64,000 nt of DNA from Vulcanimicrobiota bacterium (GTDB taxonomy: Bacteria; Vulcanimicrobiota; Xenobia; Xenobiales; JADMJV01): positions 32,001-96,000 of the forward strand of contig JBFWNU010000005.1 of the NCBI GenBank assembly GCA_050250895.1, in the 5' to 3' direction. The notes under the pieces are model-generated. The model was not told the DNA's origin. It made no database searches and worked only from the letters and a program-made list of their open reading frames with translations. The position numbers and the translations under genes were made by a program. This document shows, in pieces, positions 26,367 to 36,471 of the stretch (positions within the stretch are counted from its first letter, which is position 1; each line of letters opens with the position of its first letter).

Positions 26367-26972
26367 ATGCCGGTTGGCGACGCCGCTCGCAACAAGCTGA
26401 TCGCCTATGGCATCGTGGCCGCCCTGGTGGGAGTGATGGCCGTATTGGGCGTGCGCTCGGTATCGGGCCCTCAGCTGTATAAGGGCGACAAGCTCGAGAC
26501 CATGACCTGTCGTCTCTGCGACGGCACCGGCCAGGTCAATGGTGAGCGCTGCAAGGGTTGCCTGGGGGCCAAGAAGGTGAAGGTCATCCTCCCCGGGCCC
26601 GAGCATCCCGTCGAGGTGCGAGGCACGGTGCGCGATGCGAGCGCTTTCAAAGACCGCGAAGAGGCCCAACAGATGGCCGACGCCGAGCCTTACAAGGCCG
26701 GTTTGAACGTGGTCAAGGGTGCGGTCAGGGGGGCGGTCATCCGCTTCGCCGGAGACGACAACACCATCAAGATCGACGGCAAAGCCACCGGCCGCTATCG
26801 CTGCGCCCTCAAGCCCGGCAACTACAAGGTGACGGTCGAGGCCGAGGGGTTCGCGCCCTACCAGCAAGAGCTGACCGTCGAGCCTTTGAAAGACCCGGTT
26901 TGGCCCGATATGCCCGGGGTACCTGACGACGACCATCAGAGCCTCGACCTGAACTTGATTCTCACCCGCTGA
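26367..26972 (+). CDS. Membrane-anchored protein with CxxCxGxG zinc finger and carboxypeptidase-regulatory-like domain
   Basis: TM; CRLCDGTG...CKGCLG; LKPGNYKVTVEAEGF; AAGGAG RBS. Confidence 0.75.
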   Translation: MPVGDAARNKLIAYGIVAALVGVMAVLGVRSVSGPQLYKGDKLETMTCRLCDGTGQVNGERCKGCLGAKKVKVILPGPEHPVEVRGTVRDASAFKDREEAQQMADAEPYKAGLNVVKGAVRGAVIRFAGDDNTIKIDGKATGRYRCALKPGNYKVTVEAEGFAPYQQELTVEPLKDPVWPDMPGVPDDDHQSLDLNLILTR

Positions 26973-27022
26973 GTGTCAGCACCTGTCCTGCGTTTTTCGG
27001 TGAGGGGGTTTATACTCTAGGG

Positions 27023-27892
27023 ATGCGCCATCTGCTTTTGTTGTTGCTTTTCACCGCACCGGTTCTGGCCCAGATTTCGCCACCCGACAAGGCCAGGCTG
27101 GTGGGCTCGGACCCGGTGGTGACCTTTCGCTGGCCAGGCAAGGCCAACCAGTCGTATTTCTTGCAGATCCTGGCCGGAACCGCCGAGGCTTACGCCGAGT
27201 CCGTGAAAGGCAATTCGATCCAGCTGCGTCTGCGTCCCGGACCGCTGTATCGTTGGAAGGCCAGCCAGATCGTGGGAGGCGGCTATCGAACGGTGGCGGA
27301 AGGCCAGTTTCAACTCAGCTCGGACCTGGTCTTCGATTTCAACGGTCGACGTGGCCGGGACGGCCTCGAGGCACCTCGGTCAGGCAGCTACAGCCTTCCT
27401 CACGAGGGGGGCAGAGGAGAGGCGGGAGGCAATGCGCCCAACCTGCGCATCGAACTGGTGCCGGGGGAGGAATACACCGCGGTCACCATCACGGGCGCAC
27501 CGGCAATTCGCCGCTTTTTGTTATTGCCCGGCAGCCAGCCTCTGCAAATCTTCGCTCAAGGGGGTGATGGCGGCAGCGGGGGGGCAGGCTCTCAGGGCTA
27601 TCCGGGCTATTTTGAATTCTACAACGGCTACGTCACCTACACGGGCGTGCCGGGTGGAAACGGAGGCCCGGGTGGACCGGGAGGTAATGGGGGCAACGTG
27701 GTGATCGACGGCCCCCCCGACCTGGTCGAGGTCCACAACGAAGGAGGGCGCGGTGGTGAGGGCGGTCTGGCCGGAGCCAGTTCGCGCCCATACAACACGC
27801 CTCCCTACGGCTATAGCTATCCCCAGATCGCCGATGGGCGGCCCGGTCCGGCCGCCCCCGATGGACGCGATGGTGTGGTGACGCGCCGCTAG
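27023..27892 (+). CDS. Secreted Gly-rich (collagen-like GxxG) protein
   Basis: Signal peptide; GGDGGSGG / GGNGGPGG repeats. Confidence 0.75.
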   Translation: MRHLLLLLLFTAPVLAQISPPDKARLVGSDPVVTFRWPGKANQSYFLQILAGTAEAYAESVKGNSIQLRLRPGPLYRWKASQIVGGGYRTVAEGQFQLSSDLVFDFNGRRGRDGLEAPRSGSYSLPHEGGRGEAGGNAPNLRIELVPGEEYTAVTITGAPAIRRFLLLPGSQPLQIFAQGGDGGSGGAGSQGYPGYFEFYNGYVTYTGVPGGNGGPGGPGGNGGNVVIDGPPDLVEVHNEGGRGGEGGLAGASSRPYNTPPYGYSYPQIADGRPGPAAPDGRDGVVTRR

Positions 27893-28242
27893 ATGTCGAA
27901 AGTGAAGCTGCTGTTGGTGAAGCCGCCGTTTTGCTGCGCGGCCTGATCGAACTGCATGCGCTCGACGGTCCAGCGAACCGGCCAGATGCCGCGCTTTTCA
28001 GAGAAGTGCTCGAAGGTCTGGGTCTCGCCGTCTTGACTGACGGTCACTTTGTCGCGGGTGCCCAAATCGTTGTCAAAGAAGCTGCCAGCCTTGATCTGGC
28101 CCTCGGGTAGGGCGAGGTCGGTGGTCACCTCGTAACGGTCGCCTTTGACGGAGATCTGTTGGGGGTGGTCGGCGGCGGCCTTCTGGATGCCGGTCTTGAC
28201 GGCGTGATAACGAGCGACGATTTCCTGCTTGCTCTGGATCAT
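27889..28242 (-). CDS. Hypothetical protein
   Basis: Strong AGGAGG RBS; GC3-rich codons. Confidence 0.7.
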   Translation of the reverse strand: MIQSKQEIVARYHAVKTGIQKAAADHPQQISVKGDRYEVTTDLALPEGQIKAGSFFDNDLGTRDKVTVSQDGETQTFEHFSEKRGIWPVRWTVERMQFDQAAQQNGGFTNSSFTFDI

Positions 28243-28280
28243 GGGATCCTCCTTGTCCAGGCGAGCCTAAGGCAGTGGCC

Positions 28281-28703
28281 TTAAAAAATCGTGACTAATG
28301 CCTGGCAGAAAGCCTCGACCTCGGCCGGAATTCCCGAACCATAGTTGCTGTGCTGGCGTTGGCCGTTCCAGCCGCAGAGATAGTTGGTGAACCCGCCGCT
28401 ACCCAGATCTTCACCGAGTTCGAGGGTGTAGAACCCGGGAGGGTCAGTGGTAAAGCGAAGGGCCACGAAGTGGGCTTCGGGAGGTTCGGCCGGCGGTGGC
28501 AGCACCAGCACGTGAAGGCCGTTCTGGTGATGGCTAAACGAGAGCGGCGGAGGAGGCAGGTCGCTGGGAGTGGTGTGCATGCCGGCATGGACCCACAGGC
28601 GCCGCAGCAGCGTGGGCTCTTCGAGCAGGCGCCGGGCCGAGGCCGGGTCGGAAAAGACCAGGTCGGGCAGCACGCGGTGAACAAAGGCATAGTGTTGGGT
28701 CAT
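28281..28703 (-). CDS. Hypothetical protein
   Basis: HYAFVHRVLP...FYTLE...LCGW...HSNYG; overlaps the upstream stop. Confidence 0.7.
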   Translation of the reverse strand: MTQHYAFVHRVLPDLVFSDPASARRLLEEPTLLRRLWVHAGMHTTPSDLPPPPLSFSHHQNGLHVLVLPPPAEPPEAHFVALRFTTDPPGFYTLELGEDLGSGGFTNYLCGWNGQRQHSNYGSGIPAEVEAFCQALVTIF

Positions 28704-29206
28704 ACCCGATAACCTTCCAATGGGATGCCCGCATCGAAGTGAACCTGACCACCCTCGGTGGTTTCGAAAACATCCAGGAACCGTCCGCCGTGAAGTTTCA
28801 TGCCGAAGGCTCTGGGAGTGACCTTGAGCCAGCCCATGATGCTGTACTCTTCGCTAGCTCTGGTGACCACGTAAGGGCGTTCGAGGGAGCCGTCGCCCGT
28901 GGCCAACAAGGCCTCGCGCAGCTTCTGAGCAAAGTAGAATTCGAGATCGCTCGCTTTTTCGTCGCCCTTTTTTTCGGCCACCACGCCGAGCGCGATGTGC
29001 AGCCCCGGGTTGAGGAGATGGTTGGGAAACTGGGCTCGGGCCATTTCTTCGGCCTCGTCCAATCGCTCGGCTTCGATCAGCTCCCACACCTGGTCGGGAG
29101 CGGCCTGCTCGGGCCGAAAGGCTTCGAGGTCGATTACCTGTTGACGCAGGGTTTCATAGGTGGGAAGCCCCGGCTCGCGCAAGAAGTTGACCACCAGCTC
29201 GTGCAT
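28700..29206 (-). CDS. DUF4919-like protein
   Basis: ALLATGDGSLERPYVVTRASEEY motif. Confidence 0.7.
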   Translation of the reverse strand: MHELVVNFLREPGLPTYETLRQQVIDLEAFRPEQAAPDQVWELIEAERLDEAEEMARAQFPNHLLNPGLHIALGVVAEKKGDEKASDLEFYFAQKLREALLATGDGSLERPYVVTRASEEYSIMGWLKVTPRAFGMKLHGGRFLDVFETTEGGQVHFDAGIPLEGYRV

Positions 29207-29228
29207 CGTGACGACTTTGCCACCGGGT

Positions 29229-29900
29229 TCAACTTCCCTTCGATGTCAGTATGACCGGGTGAATCGACCGTGGGCTTCCTCCCAGGAGAACGGTCGTCAA
29301 CTGGCCCGCTTCCAGGTCGACTGCGAACGGAGTCAACTCGAAGGTGGAGCCGGCGGGGTGGAGCTGGAACAAGTGGTGACCGGCCTCGAGGTCGAGGATT
29401 TCGCTGCAGTGTGCATATTCCAATCCCGCTATCAGCTCACGGTCGGCCTCCACCAGGTCCAGGCCAACGAGGGTGGGCACCGCGTGCATCACCCGAAGGC
29501 TGGCGTGGTTTTTGTCTGTCCGGACGTGGTCGCGCAATACTCGCAGTTGCGGGCCATAGCCCCTGGCCGAGTGGTATTCTTGCCCTTCAAAACGGGCTCG
29601 GAAGTGGTCCCAGACACCGGTCTTGGAGCGGGCCGACGGCAGGCCGAAGAAGACCAGTGTCATGGGCTGGGCGGGCAGGCCCAGGCGTTGCGAGAGGAGT
29701 GGCCGGCCGGCTTGCTGCAAAGTGATTCGGGTGACCTCGGCGGGGTTTTGCCAGGGCCCGACTGGTTGCCCGGTCGGCAAAGTGACCGTCCGCTCGCCGA
29801 TCGAGACCTTGAGGTCCTGGGCTTCAACCAGGCTGACGCAACGCACGCGGCCCCAGGTTGGGGTGGTGAGCAGACAGAGCACGAGTAACAGCCTAGCCAT
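29229..29900 (-). CDS. Secreted DUF4397-like protein
   Basis: Signal peptide; ASLRVMHAVP..VGLDL...L.Y...S. Confidence 0.65.
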   Translation of the reverse strand: MARLLLVLCLLTTPTWGRVRCVSLVEAQDLKVSIGERTVTLPTGQPVGPWQNPAEVTRITLQQAGRPLLSQRLGLPAQPMTLVFFGLPSARSKTGVWDHFRARFEGQEYHSARGYGPQLRVLRDHVRTDKNHASLRVMHAVPTLVGLDLVEADRELIAGLEYAHCSEILDLEAGHHLFQLHPAGSTFELTPFAVDLEAGQLTTVLLGGSPRSIHPVILTSKGS

Positions 29901-31158
29901 CCGTAGCCACCCTTTGCAGCAGATAGGGTCGCCCCAGGAAGATCAGGGCCACCGTCACCAGGAATAATGCCAGCGGAACGGTGGCCGAGATCGCCAGTCG
30001 AATCACCAGGAAGACTCCGACCACCGACCCTACCGCCATCCCCGCCAGGGCGATCCAGGAGTGCGAGTCGAGCTCGTGATAAGCGATCACATTGACCACG
30101 CCGAAAGTCACCAGAAAGGCCAGAGAGGCGGTCTCGACGAGCACCGACAGCGAGCCGGTGGTGGCCAGCACTGTGGCCATGCTTCCCAGGCAAACTACCG
30201 CGAAGCTGGGCACCTCCCGTTCATTGGTCCGCTCGAACACCGCCGGCAGTTCGCCTTCCTCGGCAATGCGAGCGGCGAGCTGGGCGGACGAGAACAGGGT
30301 CGAATTGATGGCCGCCGAGGTAGCCATGGCGGCGGCCACGGTCAGGACGATCAGACCCGGGTAGCCCACTGCCTGATAGGCGGCCAGCGAGAGAGCCACT
30401 TGCTTTTTTTCGATCACGGCCAGGGCCCCCGCCAGGCTGGTCGTTCCCAGGGCCACCAGGACGTAGAGGGCGATCACGAAAACGACGGCGCTGACCACCA
30501 CCGGCACCAGGTACCGCTGGGGGTTCTCGATCTGCTCGTACTCGTAGGCCACCAGCTGAAACCCCTCGTAGGACACGAAAATCGAGGCTGCTCCGATGAG
30601 CGCCGTCCAGCCTGGCTGCGGTTCGATGCCGGCGACCAAATTGACCGGTTGGAAATGGAGCAGGCCGTAGACAGCCAGCGCTGCCAGGACAAACAGGTTG
30701 GCTGAGACAGTCGCGATCTCCAGGCCCTTCATCTTGCCGACGCCGCCCAGATTCAAGCTGATCAGGCTAACCATTGCGAGTAGGGCCAGGCCCCGGGTCC
30801 AGGCCGGACTGCCCCCAAAGGCGTAGGCCACGTACTGCCCAAAGGCAAAGGCATAGAGGGCGATGGTCAGCACGTAGCCCAGCAGCAGGATCCAGGCGAG
30901 CGAGCCGGCCGGTCCTTCCATCTCAAGCTCTTCGAGAAACTCGAAGGCTCCACCGGAGCGCCCAAAGTGATTCGAGAGGCGGCAGTAGTTGATGGCGCTA
31001 GGTAGGGCTACCACGCCAGCCAGTAGCAGGCTGAGCCAGGCCCATTGGCCGGCCAGGCCCACCACCACACCCAGGGCCGTGTAGATTCCTCCGCCGACCA
31101 TACCTCCGGCCACCAACGACCAGAGAGCGATGGGCCCGATCTTTTGCTGGTCGCTCAC
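29893..31158 (-). CDS. APC family amino acid permease
   Basis: GGMVGGGIY, FVSYEGFQL, ~12 TM helices. Confidence 0.9.
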   Translation of the reverse strand: MSDQQKIGPIALWSLVAGGMVGGGIYTALGVVVGLAGQWAWLSLLLAGVVALPSAINYCRLSNHFGRSGGAFEFLEELEMEGPAGSLAWILLLGYVLTIALYAFAFGQYVAYAFGGSPAWTRGLALLAMVSLISLNLGGVGKMKGLEIATVSANLFVLAALAVYGLLHFQPVNLVAGIEPQPGWTALIGAASIFVSYEGFQLVAYEYEQIENPQRYLVPVVVSAVVFVIALYVLVALGTTSLAGALAVIEKKQVALSLAAYQAVGYPGLIVLTVAAAMATSAAINSTLFSSAQLAARIAEEGELPAVFERTNEREVPSFAVVCLGSMATVLATTGSLSVLVETASLAFLVTFGVVNVIAYHELDSHSWIALAGMAVGSVVGVFLVIRLAISATVPLALFLVTVALIFLGRPYLLQRVATDG

Positions 31159-31274
31159 GACTTCATGCTAAAAGAAGAACGGCGAGCTCGGCAGAGCCGA
31201 TAGGGTCGTGAGGGGGGCATCCCTATGGGTAGGCCCCAGCGGGTATTTCAACCCACCCGCGAGAATGGCCCGGG

Positions 31275-32207
31275 ATGCAACCCCGATCGATGGTGTTCAT
31301 CGGCAGCAAAGAGCTCGGCTACCAAATCCTGACGGCCACTCTTGAAGCGTTCCCCGGCAAGATCACTGCGGTGGTGACCCTCGACGACCGTCAGGACCAG
31401 CGTAGCTGCTATGACCTGCTGGTCGAACTGGGCCAACGGCACCAGCTGCCTGTCTACACGCTCGACAAACCCTCGCAATTGGCCGCGGTGCTCACTCGGG
31501 AAAGTCCTGACCTGTGCCTGGTGGTGGGTTGGTACTGGCTCATCCCCGAGGCTCTTCTGAACGCCGTGCCCGCTGGCTTCGTGGCCATCCATAACTCGCT
31601 TTTGCCCCGCTATCGGGGTGGCTCGCCTCTGGTGTGGGCCTTTCTCCAGGGAGAGACCGAAGTGGGGTTTTCGGTGTTTCGGCTACAACCGGGCCTCGAT
31701 GACGGTCCGCTCTGGGCCCAGCACCGCGTCCCGGTGCACCCCGACGACTACATCGGTGACCTGCTAGCGCGCGTCAATGGGGCGGTGGTGGCCGCCTGGC
31801 CGTCGGTGCTTTCCACTATCGTGGACGGTCAGGAGCCCAGTCCGCAGAGGGACCATGGAGTGACGTTCTGCGGCTTGCGGGCCCCCTGGATGGGGCAGAT
31901 CGACTGGTCTTTGCCGGCCGATGACCTCGAGCGCTTTGTGCGGGCTCAGTCGCGGCCTTATCCCGGTGCCTTCAGTTTCTATCAGGGCCGAAAGGCTATC
32001 GTCTGGAGGGCTCGCCGCTTCGAGCATCCTTACCTGGGCGTGCCGGGGCAGGTCCTGACCCTCAAGCCGCAACTGCTCGTGGCGTGTGGCGACCACCGCG
32101 CCCTGGTGCTCGAGGAGATGGAGTTTGAAGACGGCGCAGACCCGATCCAGTCTCTAGCCATCCCGCTCGGGTCTAGCCCTCAGACACCGACGGCAACGAC
32201 ACGCTGA
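31275..32207 (+). CDS. Formyltransferase (Fmt/ArnA N-domain family)
   Basis: IHNSLLPRYRGGSP, LDDGP, IDWS, RAQSRPYPGAF. Confidence 0.85.
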   Translation: MQPRSMVFIGSKELGYQILTATLEAFPGKITAVVTLDDRQDQRSCYDLLVELGQRHQLPVYTLDKPSQLAAVLTRESPDLCLVVGWYWLIPEALLNAVPAGFVAIHNSLLPRYRGGSPLVWAFLQGETEVGFSVFRLQPGLDDGPLWAQHRVPVHPDDYIGDLLARVNGAVVAAWPSVLSTIVDGQEPSPQRDHGVTFCGLRAPWMGQIDWSLPADDLERFVRAQSRPYPGAFSFYQGRKAIVWRARRFEHPYLGVPGQVLTLKPQLLVACGDHRALVLEEMEFEDGADPIQSLAIPLGSSPQTPTATTR

Positions 32208-33555
32208 AACAAGAGCCTTGCCCGGGTGCACTTCGGACTGACACCGAGCCGCCCGCGCTTTCGACCGCGGCTTTGACCAGCGCCAATCCCAGACCGCTTC
32301 CTCCGGCGCTGCGAGCAGGATCGACCCGAAAAAACCGTTCAAAGATTCTCTCTTGATGCTGGGCCTCGATACCCGGTCCATTGTCTGCCACTTCCAGGCG
32401 CAACCCGCCTGGCTCGGGCCTAGCCGTCAGGCCTACCCTTCCGCCGGCCGGCGTGTACTTGATGCCGTTGTCGAGCAGGTTGACGGTCAACAGTTCCAGA
32501 GCCTGGGACGAAAGCGCCACCCGAGGCAGGTCTTGACTCAGCTCGACCACGAGTTCTGTCTGGCGCTCCTCGGCCCCAGGTCTCACCGCCTCCACGGCCC
32601 GTTTGAGCGCCTGGCTGACTTCGCAAGAAGCCCCGCTCCTGCGCGACTCCTCCAGCCTGGTCAGGTCCAGCAGCGTGTTGGCCAGGCTGGCCAGGCGGTC
32701 GATCTGGTCATCGAGTTCGCTCAGATAGCGCCGGGTCAGCTCCTCATCTTCGAGTCCACCATCCAGCAGAGCCTCGGTTCTTAGTTTCATGCGCGTCAGG
32801 GGAGTGCGCAATTCATGGCTTGCATCTCCGACGAACCGGCGTTGGCGTTCGACCGAAGCGCGCAACTCGGTCAGCATGGTGGCGAAGGCTTGGGCCAGCG
32901 AGGCTATCTCGTCGTCGCCGGTAACCGCTACAGGGGCTTGCCAGTCGCCGCTGGCCACCTTCAAAGCGCTGTCCTCGAGTTGTCGCAGTGGACCCACCAA
33001 CCGGCGACTGAGGGCAACCCCACCCACGAGAGCCAACAGCAGGGTGACCAGGCTGACGACGGCCATCCGCAGGCGGAGGCTGCGGCTGCGAGCCTCGGCC
33101 CGGGTCCGCCCTATCGCCAATCGAACCACCCCCAGGGGCCCGCCCCGGTGCGAGATGGGGGCCACCGCATAGACCCATTCGGCGTCGAGTCGATGCAACG
33201 GGCGGCCTGCCAGGGCCTCGGAGAGTTCTCGGCGCACCAGCCCGCCTTCTCCGGCCAGCGGGTGTCCGCTACGATCGGTCACCAGCACGGTAGCGCCGCT
33301 TCGCTGGGCCACCTGGGCGGCCCAACTGGCCAGATGCGGCAATTCCTCGTAGTCACCCTCTTCGAGTTCATGGAGGTAGCCCGAGAGCGGGTCCTCGAGG
33401 TAGCGAGCAGCCAGCAGCGCTTGAATTTGAAGATGATTGGCGCTTTCTTCGAGCTGGGCCTCGGAGACGAGCTGTCCAACCCCCAGATTGACCAGCAGCA
33501 GAGCCAGGCTCAAGAGCCCGCCGATCACGGCCAGGATCCGGTGTTGGATTCTCAA
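32173..33555 (-). CDS. HAMP-domain sensor histidine kinase
   Basis: Two TMs, HAMP, DASHELRTPL, NLLDNGIKY, DNGPGI, GSGLGL. Confidence 0.93.
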   Translation of the reverse strand: MRIQHRILAVIGGLLSLALLLVNLGVGQLVSEAQLEESANHLQIQALLAARYLEDPLSGYLHELEEGDYEELPHLASWAAQVAQRSGATVLVTDRSGHPLAGEGGLVRRELSEALAGRPLHRLDAEWVYAVAPISHRGGPLGVVRLAIGRTRAEARSRSLRLRMAVVSLVTLLLALVGGVALSRRLVGPLRQLEDSALKVASGDWQAPVAVTGDDEIASLAQAFATMLTELRASVERQRRFVGDASHELRTPLTRMKLRTEALLDGGLEDEELTRRYLSELDDQIDRLASLANTLLDLTRLEESRRSGASCEVSQALKRAVEAVRPGAEERQTELVVELSQDLPRVALSSQALELLTVNLLDNGIKYTPAGGRVGLTARPEPGGLRLEVADNGPGIEAQHQERIFERFFRVDPARSAGGSGLGLALVKAAVESAGGSVSVRSAPGQGSCFSVSLPSVSEG

Positions 33556-34235
33556 GCGTCCGCCAGGCGGTAGCCCACGTTTCGCACCGTCAAAATGAGT
33601 TGAGGGCGACTCGGGTCCTGCTCGAGCTTCTCGCGAAGCCAGCGAATGTGCACATCCAGAGTCTTGGGGTCGCCGATCCAGTCGGCTCCCCAGACTGCTG
33701 CCAGCAACCGTTCGCGTTCGACCACCGCTCCGTTGGCCTCGAGCAAACCGCGCAACAGTTCGAACTCCCGAAAGGATAGATGAACCGGCTGGCCATCTCG
33801 CCGCACTTCACGCCGGGACAGGTCGACCATCAGATGACCCAGTCGCCGCTCGCTTTTCTCCTCTGTGTAGCCGACCCGGCGCAGGTTGGCCCGCACTCTG
33901 GCCAGCAGTTGACGTGTCCCGAAAGGCTTGACGATATAGTCGTCGGCTCCCAGTTCCAGTCCGACCACCTGATCCGACTCTTCGCCTCGGGCCGTGACCA
34001 TCAGAATCGGCACGGTGCTGAAACGCCGGATCTCGCGACAGACCTCGAGCCCATTCATTTTCGGCAGCATCAGATCCAGCAGCACCAGGCTCGGCGCCTG
34101 GGTGCGGGCCATTTCAAGTCCGGTCTGGCCATCAAACGCCTGCAGAACCTCGAAGCCCTCGCGACGCAAGGCCAGACCCAGCGGGTCCTGAATCATCGGG
34201 TCATCCTCGATCAGCAGGATTTTCTCGGCGGCCAC
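33552..34235 (-). CDS. OmpR/PhoB-family response regulator
   Basis: ILLIEDD, LLDLMLP, GADDYIVKPF, LDVHIRWLREK, TVRNVGY. Confidence 0.93.
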   Translation of the reverse strand: MAAEKILLIEDDPMIQDPLGLALRREGFEVLQAFDGQTGLEMARTQAPSLVLLDLMLPKMNGLEVCREIRRFSTVPILMVTARGEESDQVVGLELGADDYIVKPFGTRQLLARVRANLRRVGYTEEKSERRLGHLMVDLSRREVRRDGQPVHLSFREFELLRGLLEANGAVVERERLLAAVWGADWIGDPKTLDVHIRWLREKLEQDPSRPQLILTVRNVGYRLADA

Positions 34236-34278
34236 CCTGGCTTGATTTGTGCCTGGCGAGGGGGCGTCCTTCCCGCGC

Positions 34279-34773
34279 TTAGTCGTCATCATCGTGGCGG
34301 GCGCCGCCGCCATCAACAGCAGGCGCCGACACGGCCGCCCCACTAAATTCTGTGTGGCGGAACTCGCCCCCGGCCTTAGCTGTTAGAGCCAGCGAACCGA
34401 AGGTCAACAGGGCCAGCACTGCCAGGGCTCCCAGGGGAGCGGCTGGCAGCTCCCGGTTGCGCCAACCAATCAGCGCCCCAAGCGAGAGCATGCCTAGCAC
34501 CGAGGTTGCGATCAGAGAGATCTCGGCGCGCTCTTCGTGCTCGTGAATCAGGCGCTCACTGACCCCGGCGATGTGCTCGACCTTCTCTTCGGCGGGCTCG
34601 CCGGTGAGATAGGCTGGCACGGCTGCTAGAGCCGCCAGGGCGAAGGTGGCCAGAGCGGCTCGTTTGAGGTCTGAGCTACGGGCCAATCCAGCCGCCCCCA
34701 ACAGGAGCAGGCCGAAGGGAACGCCCAGCACAGGTAGGTGATTAAGAAGCAGGTGAAGGTATGCGGTATCCAT
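34279..34773 (-). CDS. DUF2231-like membrane protein
   Basis: HLLLNHLP, YLTGEPAEE, IHEHEE, GGEFRH; 4 TMs. Confidence 0.7.
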   Translation of the reverse strand: MDTAYLHLLLNHLPVLGVPFGLLLLGAAGLARSSDLKRAALATFALAALAAVPAYLTGEPAEEKVEHIAGVSERLIHEHEERAEISLIATSVLGMLSLGALIGWRNRELPAAPLGALAVLALLTFGSLALTAKAGGEFRHTEFSGAAVSAPAVDGGGARHDDDD

Positions 34774-34814
34774 ACCCTTAGCTTAGCCGATCAGGGTAAA
34801 GACTGGCCAAAGCG

Positions 34815-34834
34815 CAGGTTAAGCTCAGGTTAAG
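34815..34834. promoter_or_regulatory. Tandem direct repeat CAGGTTAAG-N2-CAGGTTAAG, probable OmpR-family binding site
   Basis: 11-bp period, upstream of the operon encoding the OmpR-type regulator. Confidence 0.55.
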
Positions 34835-34851
34835 GCCCGAAACACCGGTCC

Positions 34852-36471
34852 ATGAGCGACTTCTTTCAAGCCTTACGCCAGGCGAGGCCAAACCCCGACG
34901 GTCGGCGCTGGCTTTATGTCCCTTACGATCAGCTCAGCGACGAGCTCGGGCCGCTGGCGAGCGAGCCGGCCGAGGAACTCGGCGTCGTGCTCATCGAAAA
35001 TCCTGGCAAAGCCGCTCGCCGACCTTATCACCGCCAGAAGCTGGCTTACATCCTGGCCAACCAGCGACACTTTGCCCTCGAGCAAGCAGGCCGCGGCGTG
35101 GCGGTGCGCTATCTGGTGGCCGACAGCTATGCCCAGGCCCTGGAGTCGGTCTCTGAACTGGGACCTTTGCGCGTGATGGAGCCGGCCGAGCGCGAGCTGC
35201 GCCGGGAACTGGCCCCCCTGTTCGAGTCGGGCTTGCTCGAACAGTTGCCCCACGAAGGCTGGCTGACCACCCCCGAACAGTTCAGAAAGAGTCAGAAGTC
35301 GGGCGGCTTCAAGATGGATGCCTTCTATCGCAAGGTTCGCCAGGACACCGGAATTTTGATGCGCAACGGTTCGCCCGTCGGCGAGAAGTACAGCCACGAC
35401 GCGGCTAACCGCCAGGCCTGGTCGGGTGAGCCCGAGGCTCCCGAACCGCCCGCCTTCAAGCTAGACCCTATCAAGCGCGAGGTGGGCCAGCTGATCGAGA
35501 AGAGCTTTGGTCATCACCCCGGGCGGCTGGACCTCGAGCGCCTGCCGGCTAGCAAAGACGAGGCCGTTAGCCTGTGGGAGTGGGCCAAGCAGCATTGCCT
35601 GAAGAGCTTCGGACCCTATGAAGACGCCATGTCGTGGCGCTCGCGAGGAGTCTTTCATACTCGCATCTCGCCACTGCTCAACCTTCACCGCATCCTGCCC
35701 CGCACCGTCATCGCCGAGGTGCAACAACTCGACATTCCCTTGTCTTCCATGGAAGGCTTCGTTCGCCAGGTGATCGGCTGGCGCGAGTACGTGCGACACG
35801 TCCACCGGGAGACGGACGGCTTCCGCAGTCTGGGCGGCAGGATGAGCCGTCAGGGTGACGGCGGCTACGAGCGGTGGGCGAACCAGGCCTGGCCCGGTCA
35901 ACCCCCCGAAGAACAAGCCGAGCCCAACTTTTTCGAGGCGTCTCAGGACTTGCCCCCGGCCTACTGGGGCCGGCCCAGCGGGCTGGCGTGTCTTGACCAG
36001 GTCGTCGACGACGTGTGGTATGAAGGCTGGAGCCACCACATCACCCGCCTGATGGTCCTCTCCAACCTGGCTACGCTTTTGGATCTCTCGCCTCGCCAGC
36101 TGACCGACTGGTTCTGGGTGGCTTACATCGATGCTTTCGACTGGGTCGTCGAACCCAACGTGCTGGGCATGGGCACCTATGCGGTGGGAGAGTTGATGAC
36201 TACCAAGCCCTATATCTCGGGGGCTGCCTACATCCACCGCATGAGCGACTACTGCCAGCGGTGCCGCTTTGATCCCAAAAAGGACTGCCCTATTACCCGT
36301 CTGTACTGGGCCTTTTTGGGCCGCCACGCCGAGCGTCTCGAGGGCAACTTTCGTCTGGCCATGCCGCTACGCAGCCTGGCCAAACGTAGTGCGGCCAACA
36401 AAGCCAAAGACGCCGAAACCTTCGAGCGGGTGCTCGCAACCCTCCAGGCCGGAGGCCGGCTCGAGCCTTAG
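34852..36471 (+). CDS. Cryptochrome/photolyase family protein (FeS-BCP / PhrB-like)
   Basis: DQL, HRQKL, MDAFYRKVR, FGPYEDAM, EGFVRQVIGWREYV, HHITRLMV, KPYISGAAYI..MSDYC..C......C. Confidence 0.9.
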   Translation: MSDFFQALRQARPNPDGRRWLYVPYDQLSDELGPLASEPAEELGVVLIENPGKAARRPYHRQKLAYILANQRHFALEQAGRGVAVRYLVADSYAQALESVSELGPLRVMEPAERELRRELAPLFESGLLEQLPHEGWLTTPEQFRKSQKSGGFKMDAFYRKVRQDTGILMRNGSPVGEKYSHDAANRQAWSGEPEAPEPPAFKLDPIKREVGQLIEKSFGHHPGRLDLERLPASKDEAVSLWEWAKQHCLKSFGPYEDAMSWRSRGVFHTRISPLLNLHRILPRTVIAEVQQLDIPLSSMEGFVRQVIGWREYVRHVHRETDGFRSLGGRMSRQGDGGYERWANQAWPGQPPEEQAEPNFFEASQDLPPAYWGRPSGLACLDQVVDDVWYEGWSHHITRLMVLSNLATLLDLSPRQLTDWFWVAYIDAFDWVVEPNVLGMGTYAVGELMTTKPYISGAAYIHRMSDYCQRCRFDPKKDCPITRLYWAFLGRHAERLEGNFRLAMPLRSLAKRSAANKAKDAETFERVLATLQAGGRLEP

